Origin: a virus | Lineage: Duplodnaviria > Caudoviricetes | Length of the DNA stretch: 60,463 nucleotides | Virus record (IMG/VR): IMGVR_UViG_3300030450_002177 | Location: 1 to 60,463 of that record | Strand: one strand, 5' to 3' | Shown here: positions 9,614-19,520 of the stretch, one piece after another | How the letters are laid out: each line of letters starts with the position of its first letter | Numbering within the stretch: the first letter of the stretch is position 1 | Notes under the pieces: model-generated | What the model saw: the letters and a program-made list of their open reading frames with translations, nothing else | What the model was told of the DNA's origin: nothing | Databases searched by the model: none | Made by a program: the position numbers and the translations under genes

Positions 9614-9980
9614 TTGGAATAACTTAGCAAAGGGGCGCTCTTCGCCAAAACACATAAATATCCAGAAAAACTCACAAAATCCCAAAAACTCCAATGAAAT
9701 CAATAGCTTAGAGCTATATTAACTTGTACATCTATTTATAACTATGTGCAATACTGTGAGCACAGCTGTCACAACGTAGCAGTAGGATTCCTTTAAGGTC
9801 GGGCTTTTTGCTGGAAAACGATTATTATTTGAGGGGCACCCCCCCTAAATTTTAAACTTATATAGAGTTATAGCTTTAACTAAGTTACACGCACTAAATC
9901 ACCAAAAAAACTCATCGTACCACTTGTGTAAATAAGTATAAATATTGGGACTCTATTGGGGTTGGTGTTATACTCAGCGC

Positions 9981-10409
9981 ATGGTCAACTCACGCAACAA
10001 AGGAGCTTCTTTTGAAAGAGAGGTCGTCAAAAATCTGAACGAATTTTTTTCACAAAATAATTTGGACGTAACTTGCAAGCGTAATTTAGACCAATATCAA
10101 CAATCAGGCGAGTGTGATATACCAATTCCATTTCATGCTGTTGAGTGCAAACATTACAAAGAAGGTAATTGGCTTAAATCAGAGTGGTGGCGACAAGTTT
10201 GTGACTCGGCAAACGACAACGAAATTCCTGTGCTGGTTTTTAAATTCAATCGTATACCAGCCAGAGTGTGTATACCCCTTCATGCGATCAATACTGACTG
10301 GGAGGTAGACAACCAAAAAATAGCCGTGATTCCTTTTGATGAATGGTTGGATGTGCTAAAGTTAAATTGGAATATTTACGACCAAAAACAAAAAAATGGC
10401 TGGAATTAA
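9981..10409 (+). CDS. Holliday junction resolvase-like PD-(D/E)XK nuclease
   Basis: SRNKGxxFER, D..., ECK, WWxQ; start revised to ATG 9981. Confidence 0.8.
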   Translation: MVNSRNKGASFEREVVKNLNEFFSQNNLDVTCKRNLDQYQQSGECDIPIPFHAVECKHYKEGNWLKSEWWRQVCDSANDNEIPVLVFKFNRIPARVCIPLHAINTDWEVDNQKIAVIPFDEWLDVLKLNWNIYDQKQKNGWN

Positions 10410-11868
10410 AGAATTATTAAAACAACCTATGTTTAGCCCCACACTAGGAGCCAATCTACAGTCTGTTGAAAATCAAATATATAGCCAAAATCCCAACTTA
10501 CAAGGAACAGTCGCACCAAACAATCTTGGTTTAACCAACAAACAAATACAAGATATTATTAATTTCGGTCAAGGACGTGGTTCAGAAGGAGATATGTTAA
10601 GAAACATATTTGCAGAAGATATTTTAGATTACAAAACAAGACTCGAAGATAAATATATTCCAGACATGCCCCAACAATTACAAGACATATACAATGTCTA
10701 TAACCTAAACAAAGATAATGATTTCAAAGAAATGGGAAGAATGTTTTTAGTAGGGCAAGCTGGTCATTTACTTGATTTACCAGACCCAGTAATGCAAGAA
10801 CTTATGCAAGATGGAGGCATTTCAGAAACAACAAAAGAAGTTTTTATTAATAAATTGAATGAATCACCTTTGCCCTTTAACATCCAAAGAATAGGCAAGG
10901 ACAAATATAAACTATTTGAATTTAGCCAAGACAATAAATACTCTAATTTGAATCTTACTGCTGATGTTGATAAAGGTAGAGTGGGTGGTAGGCTTAATTA
11001 TAGAGAGTCTATGCCTATAACCAACAATACTAATTTAAGATTGGGAGCTAACATAGACGATAGAGGCAGAGCTACTGGCGACTTAGGTTTGCGTTACCAA
11101 CCAAACGAAACCACCTTTATAGATGCTGGAGCAAAATTCGATTCCAGTCGTGGTCCAGAGTACAAAATAGAGTTTGGCAAAAGATTTGCTAATGGTGGTG
11201 CTGTAATAGCTGATGAGGACGACACGGTAGCACAAATTATAGAACAACTATCCAAACACAACATAAAAGTTGTCGATTTTGATGAAGATGAAGATTCCAT
11301 AAAGAATCGTCTATTTGCAATGGCTGGAGAACCTTCTCGTGGACACATAAATCCTAGCAGTTGGTTAAATCCTTCAGGAGAATTAACCATTTATGTGCCT
11401 AAATCAGCAAAAACTTCACCAGAAAATTACAAAAGATTCTTAATTGAAGAGGTTAAACACGCAGATCAGATAAGAGAAGCCCCACTTAAAACTGGCATTA
11501 TGTCTCTTTTGGAAATAGGAAGAGAAAAACTCAGCACTATTCCTTATGATTTGTTAAAAAAATTACCAGATTTTTACACAGATGAAGAGATACAAGAATA
11601 TTACAAAGACGTATTTGATCCTGATTGGGAAACTAAACGTGGACCTCACCCTAGCTGGAAGGAAAGAAGTGGTATAGCTCCATTATTTAGAGATATGCGT
11701 TATTCAAGATACCAAGACCCTCATTCAGTAGAAGGCATACACAGGAATGAAGAAAGATACCTTCCAGTTTTGGAAAAGTATGGTTTAGATAGTATAGATA
11801 TTTTTACTCCACCAGTTCAAAGGAAATTTAAGGGTGATGTTAGTTTGATAAAATACGGTGAATCCTAA
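10396..11868 (+). CDS. multidomain cargo protein: beta-barrel-like region, FANGG motif, degenerate zincin-like domain
   Basis: amphipathic beta-strands ending YKIEFGKRF; FLIEEVKHADQ (HExxH-like). Confidence 0.55.
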   Translation: MAGIKELLKQPMFSPTLGANLQSVENQIYSQNPNLQGTVAPNNLGLTNKQIQDIINFGQGRGSEGDMLRNIFAEDILDYKTRLEDKYIPDMPQQLQDIYNVYNLNKDNDFKEMGRMFLVGQAGHLLDLPDPVMQELMQDGGISETTKEVFINKLNESPLPFNIQRIGKDKYKLFEFSQDNKYSNLNLTADVDKGRVGGRLNYRESMPITNNTNLRLGANIDDRGRATGDLGLRYQPNETTFIDAGAKFDSSRGPEYKIEFGKRFANGGAVIADEDDTVAQIIEQLSKHNIKVVDFDEDEDSIKNRLFAMAGEPSRGHINPSSWLNPSGELTIYVPKSAKTSPENYKRFLIEEVKHADQIREAPLKTGIMSLLEIGREKLSTIPYDLLKKLPDFYTDEEIQEYYKDVFDPDWETKRGPHPSWKERSGIAPLFRDMRYSRYQDPHSVEGIHRNEERYLPVLEKYGLDSIDIFTPPVQRKFKGDVSLIKYGES

Positions 11869-12400
11869 CCACGGCATAACGGGAGCTAAAGTCACGCCAG
11901 CTGACGTAAAGCTGTTCATGGACTTCATCAAGGGCAAGCGTCCCAAAAAAGGAAAAATCGTGAAATCCACGAGGGCTGTGGAGAATAATAGTTACAGGGA
12001 TGCAGACGTATACTTCATCGATTTTAAGCAAAAGAAACTTTATGAGGTGCTCAAGCGTATTGCCAATACCGTTAATGCTCATTTTAACTACAACATAGAT
12101 GGTATAGAGAAAGCTCAGGTAATTAGGTATAAAGCTCCTTCTAATGGTTACGATTACCACATAGACCTAGGCAATGACGAAGAAGCATTGAAACGCAAGA
12201 TAAGCGTGTCGTTGATATTGAACGAAGATTATGAAGGTGGAGAGCTCTGCTTTAGGTCTGGAGTAGAGGAGAAGTGTCTAAAAGGGACTTCTGGAGACGT
12301 TGTAGCCTTCAGTTCCTTCGTTCCACACAAAGTTAACCCAGTTACTAAAGGACAGCGCTACGTTGTTGTTGTCTGGTTTACTGGTCCGTGCTTTAAGTGA
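11858..12400 (+). CDS. 2OG-Fe(II) oxygenase (PKHD-type)
   Basis: YDYHID, RKISVS, YEGGEL, HKVNPVTKGQRY. Confidence 0.9.
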   Translation: MNPNHGITGAKVTPADVKLFMDFIKGKRPKKGKIVKSTRAVENNSYRDADVYFIDFKQKKLYEVLKRIANTVNAHFNYNIDGIEKAQVIRYKAPSNGYDYHIDLGNDEEALKRKISVSLILNEDYEGGELCFRSGVEEKCLKGTSGDVVAFSSFVPHKVNPVTKGQRYVVVVWFTGPCFK

Positions 12401-12412
12401 TAAACTGCACAG

Positions 12413-14737
12413 ATGTCTTGGGAAGAAGCACTAGAAAACGCAGCAAAAGCACAAGAACTTAAAGCTCAAATATACAAGGAAAGTGTCCCTAGTCCGGGTC
12501 AGATGAGTAACTTTGCTGGTATGTTAGTACCGGGAGCTGGTATTTTAGATGCAGCTGGCACATACCCAGCTCTTCCTTCCAGAGACCAACCCTACATAGA
12601 AGCCTTCTCTAATGAACCTTATCCATCTATGGATGAAAATTTAGCCAGAGGTGGCTGGGGTTACTTAGATGCTACCTTGCAAGGACTAGGTGTAGCTGGT
12701 GATGCGCTGTACGCAACCCAAGTTGGAGCGCCAGTTGGACTTTTAGTAAAAGGGTTAGGAAGTTTGGGTGCAGCCATGAGAACTGGCAGTAAAGCTGGTA
12801 AGGTACCAAAAACAGAAACAGGCATAGTATCTTTAGGCAAAGAACCTATGTTTACACCAGAAGATACTTTCAATCTGGCATACACACCTGATGGTTCCTA
12901 TTCACCGGGCATCAAAGACTTAATTGAGAAAGCTCCTGTAAGCCTAAAAGGTCAAGGTATTACCCAGTGGGCAAACAAGAACCTTAAACCAAAGGAACTA
13001 GAAGTTCTTGGCATAGATGAATTTATCAAAGCCAATCCTAAAGCCACACTGAAAGAGACAGTAGAAGGTATTAGTGGCAATAAAGTAGTGGTTGGCAAAA
13101 AAGTTCTAAGTGGTGAAGGACAGGTAATGGATTTTGATATTACAACACCATTAGAAGACCCACTAGATGGTTCTAAAGTTTATCAGTTTGAGATAGACGA
13201 CATTATGGATGAACTCGAAGGTATAGAAAACCACTTTGGTACACCAGAAAAAATAAAAGGTTACAGTTTTCAAGTTCATCAAGATTTAACTGATACTTAT
13301 AATAATTTTTCTCACGAATATGGTGTTCCAGAAGTAAAATCTTTTGCTGACATACCTAAAGTTGACAATGAAGTTTATGAAGCTGCTTTGGATAGAGTTG
13401 CGAAAAACAGATACATGGATAATCCCTACGAACTCATACGACCAACAGGTGTTGGTGCAAGTAATAACACTTTTGCCTTTGGTAATGATGATGTTGGTTA
13501 TCAACTATTTGTTGATGGTAAAAGAGTCACAGGCAATGACAACTTAGCTTACAGTCAAACAGAAGCCCAGATACAGCTCAGAGACAATATGGCAGATCAA
13601 GGTTATGACATGTTTAGGCTGTCAGCTGATGATTACGTCCCTGACTTTGACCACTATGGTGGTGGCACACAGTACAAACAGTTCATAGACAATAGTTTGC
13701 CCGGTGGTGATAACTACAGAGAAATTTTATACACCTATGAAAATGCACGAGAAACACACAACATAGGTCACTTTGGTGATGCAGTTGATGGTAATTACCT
13801 AGCCCATGCTTTGGTGAGAGATAGAAAGCTTGCTGATGGCACTGAGACACTACATGGTGATGAACTACAGTCAGACTTACATAGAGATGGTGCTAAGCAT
13901 GGTTATAATTCATTAGAGAAAAGAAAAAGTATAGAAGAAGCCAGAAACATAGCAGAACAAAACATGTCAGATTCTTTCGACAACTTAAAACCTTTGTTAG
14001 ATAAATACGCTTTGTCAGACTTGCCAGAAAGTATATCAGCTCCAAGCACAAGTCCTGTATCAGCTGACACATTAATTGATGATGTGAACAAAGCTTTTAG
14101 AGGCAAAGGTGTTTCAGCGTCTCAATGGGCTAATGAATTACCAAGAGATATTAACGAAGCTCTTATTAAATATGAAAATGCAGCAAGTGAAGTAGGAAAA
14201 ACATTACACCAAGAATTCAACCTAGTTCCCAACTACCCATACAAAGACGACTACCATGAGATGTTGTTGAAAAAAATGTTACTGCAAGCTGTAGAAGAAG
14301 GTAAGCCAGCCATATCTGTTTCTGGTTCAGCTCCTATCAAAGCAAGGTATGAAACTGGCAATGATGCTGTAGATGAAAAAAACTTTCGTTTTTACGAAAA
14401 CCTCTATGACAAAAAAATACCATCATACATGGAAAAGCTGGCTAAAAAGTATGGTGGTGAGTTTCAAAAGAATAGTAAGTTAGATTTTGAAGATACTTTT
14501 GGTGGTGGTAGATTTCCAGCAGTAGAAGATGAAGGCATAATGGCAGCTGTAGAAGCTCAAGGTGGAGAAAAACTCTATGAAGCCAACGTCATCAAAATCA
14601 CAGAAGAGATGCGTAACAAAATTTTGCTAGAGGGCATACCTGACTTTGCTACAGGTGGCATAGTCAACAAAGGCATAGCAAGACTTAGAACAGCCAAACA
14701 ATCCACAGAAGGTATCGTAGATTTAGGTCTATATTAA
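12413..14737 (+). CDS. large polyvalent/polymorphic-toxin-like virion cargo protein
   Basis: Gly-rich VPGAG pre-toxin-like N-terminus; LPGGxNYRE...H...ELQSD domain; C-terminal FATGG. Confidence 0.6.
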   Translation: MSWEEALENAAKAQELKAQIYKESVPSPGQMSNFAGMLVPGAGILDAAGTYPALPSRDQPYIEAFSNEPYPSMDENLARGGWGYLDATLQGLGVAGDALYATQVGAPVGLLVKGLGSLGAAMRTGSKAGKVPKTETGIVSLGKEPMFTPEDTFNLAYTPDGSYSPGIKDLIEKAPVSLKGQGITQWANKNLKPKELEVLGIDEFIKANPKATLKETVEGISGNKVVVGKKVLSGEGQVMDFDITTPLEDPLDGSKVYQFEIDDIMDELEGIENHFGTPEKIKGYSFQVHQDLTDTYNNFSHEYGVPEVKSFADIPKVDNEVYEAALDRVAKNRYMDNPYELIRPTGVGASNNTFAFGNDDVGYQLFVDGKRVTGNDNLAYSQTEAQIQLRDNMADQGYDMFRLSADDYVPDFDHYGGGTQYKQFIDNSLPGGDNYREILYTYENARETHNIGHFGDAVDGNYLAHALVRDRKLADGTETLHGDELQSDLHRDGAKHGYNSLEKRKSIEEARNIAEQNMSDSFDNLKPLLDKYALSDLPESISAPSTSPVSADTLIDDVNKAFRGKGVSASQWANELPRDINEALIKYENAASEVGKTLHQEFNLVPNYPYKDDYHEMLLKKMLLQAVEEGKPAISVSGSAPIKARYETGNDAVDEKNFRFYENLYDKKIPSYMEKLAKKYGGEFQKNSKLDFEDTFGGGRFPAVEDEGIMAAVEAQGGEKLYEANVIKITEEMRNKILLEGIPDFATGGIVNKGIARLRTAKQSTEGIVDLGLY

Positions 14738-15000
14738 ATAGAAATTCTGCCGTGTAGCTCATTATAGCCCCATATCATGGCTGTTACGCTAGTGCCTTCG
14801 CTATACCCCTCTTTACATTTAATACGCTCTATAGCACGTTCTTTGACCTCTTCAACAGGCAAATAGTCGTATTCCCATGGTGCTGAATCCCAACGAGCCA
14901 CAATAACGCTCTTTTTGTCTATGATCTTAGAATAGACATCAAACTCTCCGTGTCGTCCTAAAAACTTACCCTCATCGTACTTTGTGTATCTAGGCTTCAC
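14734..15000 (-). CDS. hypothetical protein (convergent with 774-aa cargo gene)
   Basis: GTGA coupling upstream; 4-nt stop overlap. Confidence 0.65.
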   Translation of the reverse strand: MKPRYTKYDEGKFLGRHGEFDVYSKIIDKKSVIVARWDSAPWEYDYLPVEEVKERAIERIKCKEGYSEGTSVTAMIWGYNELHGRISI

Positions 15001-15149
15001 CCCTGACCCCTATATTTTTTTACGCACCTGCGTTTGTGCTTATTCATCGTGGCAGTTCCAAGATTTTTTCGCCCTATGCTTGTTTTCTTCCCCCTAGAGC
15101 CACATTTAGGCTCATGCCGTAATAAAGTGTTTTGCGTAGCTTTTCTCAT
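14997..15149 (-). CDS. small basic phage protein with KKTSxG...MNKHKRR..KKYRGQG motif (50 aa, not in track)
   Basis: ATGA/GTGA couplings at both ends; motif recalled from marine and T4-like phages. Confidence 0.75.
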   Translation of the reverse strand: MRKATQNTLLRHEPKCGSRGKKTSIGRKNLGTATMNKHKRRCVKKYRGQG

Positions 15150-15349
15150 ACGTTAGGAAACCATGTAACTACCAATTTAATGCTTTCCACCGAGTCAATC
15201 CAGTAAATTATGTAGGCATACACAATCATCCCAGATATGACTGAAATATATTTAATCATTCTTGCCCAATTATCTTGCATGTAATCCCTGTAATCTATGT
15301 ACAGGTCGTAAATTCTGTCGTACAAATACAGGCTTTTAAGATGTTTCAT
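15146..15349 (-). CDS. small membrane protein
   Basis: one TM helix, SD, operon context. Confidence 0.6.
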   Translation of the reverse strand: MKHLKSLYLYDRIYDLYIDYRDYMQDNWARMIKYISVISGMIVYAYIIYWIDSVESIKLVVTWFPNV

Positions 15350-15620
15350 TTTCTTTCTCCTTACCTGTAAATTCTAGGTAATCTTCATCAATTACCATTG
15401 ATTCCTTTGGCAGCTTTATTTCATCACACGTTGAAGTTTCCATTGCAGTCGTAGGTCTTACTGCCATCTGATACATAGCTTGTGCCTTTGCTTCCTCTAA
15501 AGACTTAGCTTTAATTGTGTAATAACCTATGGCTTTTTTCTCTGCTCTAATAATATAAGTTTTCATTTCAGAGTCAGCTTCATTTCTCCACTCGTCTTTA
15601 AAATCTTCAATGTCTTTCAT
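15336..15620 (-). CDS. hypothetical early protein
   Basis: IKAKSLEEAK motif, coupled ORF. Confidence 0.7.
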   Translation of the reverse strand: MKDIEDFKDEWRNEADSEMKTYIIRAEKKAIGYYTIKAKSLEEAKAQAMYQMAVRPTTAMETSTCDEIKLPKESMVIDEDYLEFTGKEKENETS

Positions 15621-15814
15621 TTATCTTTTCCCATAATTTCTTTCTTTTTATCTTTAAAGTCGTTTATCAGCTGGTCGTAATGTCTGTTGCTTAAAGAACG
15701 TAAAGTAGCCACTGCTTGTTTATTGTCTGTGTAATACTTGTTTAAGCCTTTTTCGCTATCTATACGGTCCATAAAATTTGATAAAATAAAATATAAATCC
15801 TCAGCATCTGTCAT
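15617..15814 (-). CDS. hypothetical early protein
   Basis: ATGA coupling. Confidence 0.65.
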   Translation of the reverse strand: MTDAEDLYFILSNFMDRIDSEKGLNKYYTDNKQAVATLRSLSNRHYDQLINDFKDKKKEIMGKDK

Positions 15815-16020
15815 ATCAATTCCAACGCTTTTCTAGCCAGATCGTTCTGCTCAGACGCTAAACGACCCTTCTTCCAAACATTAATAACGTATTCAGCTTC
15901 AACCAACATATCTTTATTAGCTTCCAGATGCTGTTTCATTATCCTTCGTAAAGCGTCAGGACCTGTTACGTTGTAATTAGAATCAAATAATAAATCTAAA
16001 GTATTAATATAGCCTTCCAT
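15811..16020 (-). CDS. hypothetical early protein
   Basis: operon context. Confidence 0.65.
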   Translation of the reverse strand: MEGYINTLDLLFDSNYNVTGPDALRRIMKQHLEANKDMLVEAEYVINVWKKGRLASEQNDLARKALELI

Positions 16021-16022
16021 TG

Positions 16023-16283
16023 TTAATGCAACCTTGTAGTTGGCAGTTTAGCTCCTTCCTGTAATTCTATCCACTTTGCTATAGCGCCCCGTGGCATCTC
16101 GTTCATATTCGCATAACCTATAAAAGTGCCTTCCTTCTCACACTCCTCTTTAAATTTAAGCGCTTCCATCTTTTCAGTATATGCCTTAACCAGAGAAACA
16201 TAATCATAACCATATTTCTTCACATACGTTACACAATGCTTGTTTCTGTAATAATCAATTAAATCATCCCATGGCGTTTCCAT
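16023..16283 (-). CDS. hypothetical early protein
   Basis: TAATG coupling, GGAG SD. Confidence 0.65.
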   Translation of the reverse strand: METPWDDLIDYYRNKHCVTYVKKYGYDYVSLVKAYTEKMEALKFKEECEKEGTFIGYANMNEMPRGAIAKWIELQEGAKLPTTRLH

Positions 16284-17311
16284 TATTTATCTCCTTTTAT
16301 ATTATGAAATATGAAATCCTTTTCTTCCTGTGTGCCGAAGTGCCAAATGCCTTTTAGTATTCTACTAAGTAGCATGTTAGGAATCGAACAAGGTTTTTCA
16401 TCAGGCGTTCCTACGTTCATTAATTGTAAGTGGCATATCTGACCTATGGTCTTACCATCGTTCTTCCACATATCTAACGCTTGCCTTGCTATATCCTTGA
16501 AAATACTATTTTTAAACTTTTTCTTGCACTGATTAACGGGCACTTTGTTTTCTTTCAAAGCAATGCCCAATATGTCTAAATCATCGTACTTGTAACTAAC
16601 AAACTCTTTGTAATCCACATAACCGTCTTTGTCAGTCTCCAGTGGTGCTTCATTCTTCGGTTGGTTTTTCGACTTCTTTCTCCTACCAGCCGATATACCT
16701 TCATTTGGATTAATGCCACTAGCAACTAAATCTATATTCTTTCTAGCCTTTCTTCTAGCCGACTGCACACTCATTTCATCTGTGCTACCTAACATCACCC
16801 TTAAAGTTCCTTTGATAAAATCTTGCTTGTTGTGGATGCTGTAATACTTCTTTTTGTTTTTTGATAGGAACCTAATAGCCAAAACTGATTCCGTGCTGTC
16901 GTAGTAATAAGTATTCACTTTGTCTTTTAAAGCTTTTACGCTGTCATCTGTAAAACGAAAAGTTCGTTTAGTTGCATTAGTTCTGCTCGTATCGCCAACA
17001 GCTCTTGGCTTTTTTACTGTGACTGGCTTTTCTACTTCAGCCGTGACGACTGGCTCTATAGAGTGGTCAAAATTAGTGATCCTTGCGTTGTGCAACTCTA
17101 AAGCAGCTGTAGCTTGTTCGTACTCTAATTGCTTCTGCCTAACGATTGCCTGTAACTCGAACCTATGACCAACTAAAAAATCCTTCGTGGTCTTAATATA
17201 GTGGTCTAAGTGATTAAGCACACACTCTTCAGGAGAGATGTTGTATTCTTGCTCCACTTCTTTGAGCATTGCACCTAGTCTTTTGTTTAATTGTAGTTTT
17301 ATTGTTTCCAT
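16283..17311 (-). CDS. protein with integrase arm-type DNA-binding domain (DUF4102-like), no catalytic domain
   Basis: FTDxxVKAL...YYD...LAIR...RxxLG...MSVxxAR..A......GINP. Confidence 0.65.
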   Translation of the reverse strand: METIKLQLNKRLGAMLKEVEQEYNISPEECVLNHLDHYIKTTKDFLVGHRFELQAIVRQKQLEYEQATAALELHNARITNFDHSIEPVVTAEVEKPVTVKKPRAVGDTSRTNATKRTFRFTDDSVKALKDKVNTYYYDSTESVLAIRFLSKNKKKYYSIHNKQDFIKGTLRVMLGSTDEMSVQSARRKARKNIDLVASGINPNEGISAGRRKKSKNQPKNEAPLETDKDGYVDYKEFVSYKYDDLDILGIALKENKVPVNQCKKKFKNSIFKDIARQALDMWKNDGKTIGQICHLQLMNVGTPDEKPCSIPNMLLSRILKGIWHFGTQEEKDFIFHNIKGDK

Positions 17312-17317
17312 AATTTA

Positions 17318-17587
17318 TTATTTTTTGGCTCGCCTATTTTTAGCAAGCTGGTTATTTCTATCTTTTATCCTTCGGTTTTCTTTATCAACCTCAGTCATAA
17401 ATTCATCAAGCACAGCCTCTTTGTCCTCAGCGCTAAGTTTGGTGTGTATGACCACATCATTTTTCTTAGCTAACCAATTTTGATGCCATTGCTTCTCTTG
17501 GTTTTTCCAACTCCACTCTATGCGACCATATTTTTCAGAACTGAATCCAAACACTAATGGGTTGGTAAATTTTTCATGCCACTTCAT
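17318..17587 (-). CDS. hypothetical early protein
   Basis: coupled ORF with SD. Confidence 0.65.
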   Translation of the reverse strand: MKWHEKFTNPLVFGFSSEKYGRIEWSWKNQEKQWHQNWLAKKNDVVIHTKLSAEDKEAVLDEFMTEVDKENRRIKDRNNQLAKNRRAKK

Positions 17588-17964
17588 TAGTTTTTCTCCT
17601 TCATCAAATCTCTAACAAACTTTCTCCAACCATTACAGTAAGTGGCTACATAAAAATCATCATTACCTTTGAAATCGTGGTCTGTTTCCCATACTTCTTG
17701 TCCAAGTTCATTACATTCTTCAACTAATATCTCTCTTGTAAACCTAGCATCACGAGTAAAATCATGTTTTGCTCCTGTTGAAATTTGCGATTTTGTTCCA
17801 CTGATAGTGGTAACAGTTTTGAAATTCTGTGGTTTTTTACCCTTTTTATATCTTAGTATTTCGTGACATACTGCTTCTAAAGATTCGGTATGGCATATAG
17901 ATACTTCTGTAAATCCTCCACCCTTATTCGGTTCTATTGTTGTTAAATGATATTGATATTTCAT
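17587..17964 (-). CDS. hypothetical early protein
   Basis: operon context. Confidence 0.65.
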   Translation of the reverse strand: MKYQYHLTTIEPNKGGGFTEVSICHTESLEAVCHEILRYKKGKKPQNFKTVTTISGTKSQISTGAKHDFTRDARFTREILVEECNELGQEVWETDHDFKGNDDFYVATYCNGWRKFVRDLMKEKN

Positions 17965-17977
17965 TAGCTTTGCCCCT

Positions 17978-18280
17978 TCATTTTTTTTGGTTTTTTTTCC
18001 ATTGTTTCCAATAAGTCGGGTGATCTTTAAATAATTCTTTTGCTGCGTCTGTGAGGTCTACCTCTCCACCAAACCTTTCTCTAAGATCGTGCCACCAAAT
18101 CACATCCAAAAAATGTATCTCCTCACCTTTTGAGTAAACTCTGCTTACCTTCCTGTTGCATTTATCACAGTGAACCCTGTCTTTTTGCAACCTAGAACCA
18201 CAGCAAGCAGTGAACTCGTAGCTGTTAGCTACATACACCTCAGTAGGCTGATCTTCCCTTTTTATTTTTTTGTATGCCAT
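17978..18280 (-). CDS. Zn-ribbon-containing hypothetical protein
   Basis: CC...CxxC; GGAG SD. Confidence 0.65.
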   Translation of the reverse strand: MAYKKIKREDQPTEVYVANSYEFTACCGSRLQKDRVHCDKCNRKVSRVYSKGEEIHFLDVIWWHDLRERFGGEVDLTDAAKELFKDHPTYWKQWKKNQKK

Positions 18281-18380
18281 ATTTTCTCCATTAAATCATA
18301 GTTTACAAACTATTGCAAATCTTTGTAATTATTTACTTCTCCTTATAAACTTTTATCTTCTTTTTCCTCCTTCTTTATTG

Positions 18381-19214
18381 TTAATCATCGTAAATAACCA
18401 GTTCTAAATCTTTGATCTCGATTGGGTACCATTTTTCAACCAAAGCCTCGTAAACTTTAAGGTCTTGTTCGCAGTATTTGATGTACTTAGAAGGCTCACC
18501 ATAAATTGGAGTTCCTTTTTTTTCTCTACCCCATCCATTAGCTAATCCTTCAAAAACTTTTTCGCCTTCTGCTTCCATTTTTTCGTACCTAGCCTTGGCT
18601 TTTTTAAGTCTTACAATTTCTTCTTTAACTAAGTCACATGAAAGCTCTAGTGGAAGAGCATGTCTACCCATGCAACTGCCATTTCTCCAACCATCAACCG
18701 TATATCCGTGGTCAGCAATTTTGAAGCTATCTATGTTAAGTTTGTGTCTTTTCCTACAAAGCTGGCAGTGACCCCAGTATTTAGCAGATTTTTCAGTTCT
18801 AACACCTTCAGTCTTTATTTTCTTTGGCTTGGCTATGATTTCTGCTTCCTTGAAAAACGCTCTAAGCTCTACTAGGTTTTTAATTGGAATCCACACATTA
18901 CCAAAAGTTGTAAAAAACTCAGAGTGTTTGGCTTCTCTTACATTGTGAAGGTCCCAAGGTGTATCATCACTAGGGTTAGCATTTTTAAAATCTTGATACT
19001 CAGGGCTCATATACCTGTAGTCTGTGCCTAGCTCTTCTTTTACTTTAGCTCTGTAACAATCTTGAGCATAACCATTAAGAGTGCCATAAGCTCTGTTCAA
19101 CTGGTCCATAGCATTTTTTTTTGCTGACTTAGTGTAAAACTGACCATTATAAATGGCTTCAGCCCTTTTAACTCTTTCTCCGTACTCTTCCCAATGTGGT
19201 GAAATTTTAGTCAT
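18381..19214 (-). CDS. early protein with CxxC/H/C Zn-binding motif
   Basis: GHCQLC...IADHGY...SCMG. Confidence 0.7.
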   Translation of the reverse strand: MTKISPHWEEYGERVKRAEAIYNGQFYTKSAKKNAMDQLNRAYGTLNGYAQDCYRAKVKEELGTDYRYMSPEYQDFKNANPSDDTPWDLHNVREAKHSEFFTTFGNVWIPIKNLVELRAFFKEAEIIAKPKKIKTEGVRTEKSAKYWGHCQLCRKRHKLNIDSFKIADHGYTVDGWRNGSCMGRHALPLELSCDLVKEEIVRLKKAKARYEKMEAEGEKVFEGLANGWGREKKGTPIYGEPSKYIKYCEQDLKVYEALVEKWYPIEIKDLELVIYDD

Positions 19215-19438
19215 TACGCCTTCTCCTCATATATATCTTCATATTCAAAGTTTATCTCTAAAGATTTTGAGACCTTTTCATAAAGGTCTGAAAGAACGTG
19301 CCTTCTAGTAGTAGACGTTTCATTATCAAACTCTCTTTTTAAAAGATTTTCAAGAGTGTGTTTTTCCATCAAGCTGATGTGTCCTGCCTTGCTCACATCT
19401 TTATTTATTAAAGCAGGTTTGTAATTGAAGTTTGTCAT
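19214..19438 (-). CDS. first gene of early cassette (hypothetical)
   Basis: start revised to ATG 19438 behind AGGAGG SD. Confidence 0.7.
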   Translation of the reverse strand: MTNFNYKPALINKDVSKAGHISLMEKHTLENLLKREFDNETSTTRRHVLSDLYEKVSKSLEINFEYEDIYEEKA

Positions 19439-19520
19439 TTTTCCTCCTTCTTTATTGTTGTTTATCATATCCACATATACATTATACATATATTTATAAA
19501 TATGTACAACTTTTTACACA
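19439..19520 (-). promoter_or_regulatory. early promoter/leader copy A
   Basis: TTGTAC(19509-04)-17-TATAAT(19486-81); near-identical to 43541-43615. Confidence 0.85.
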
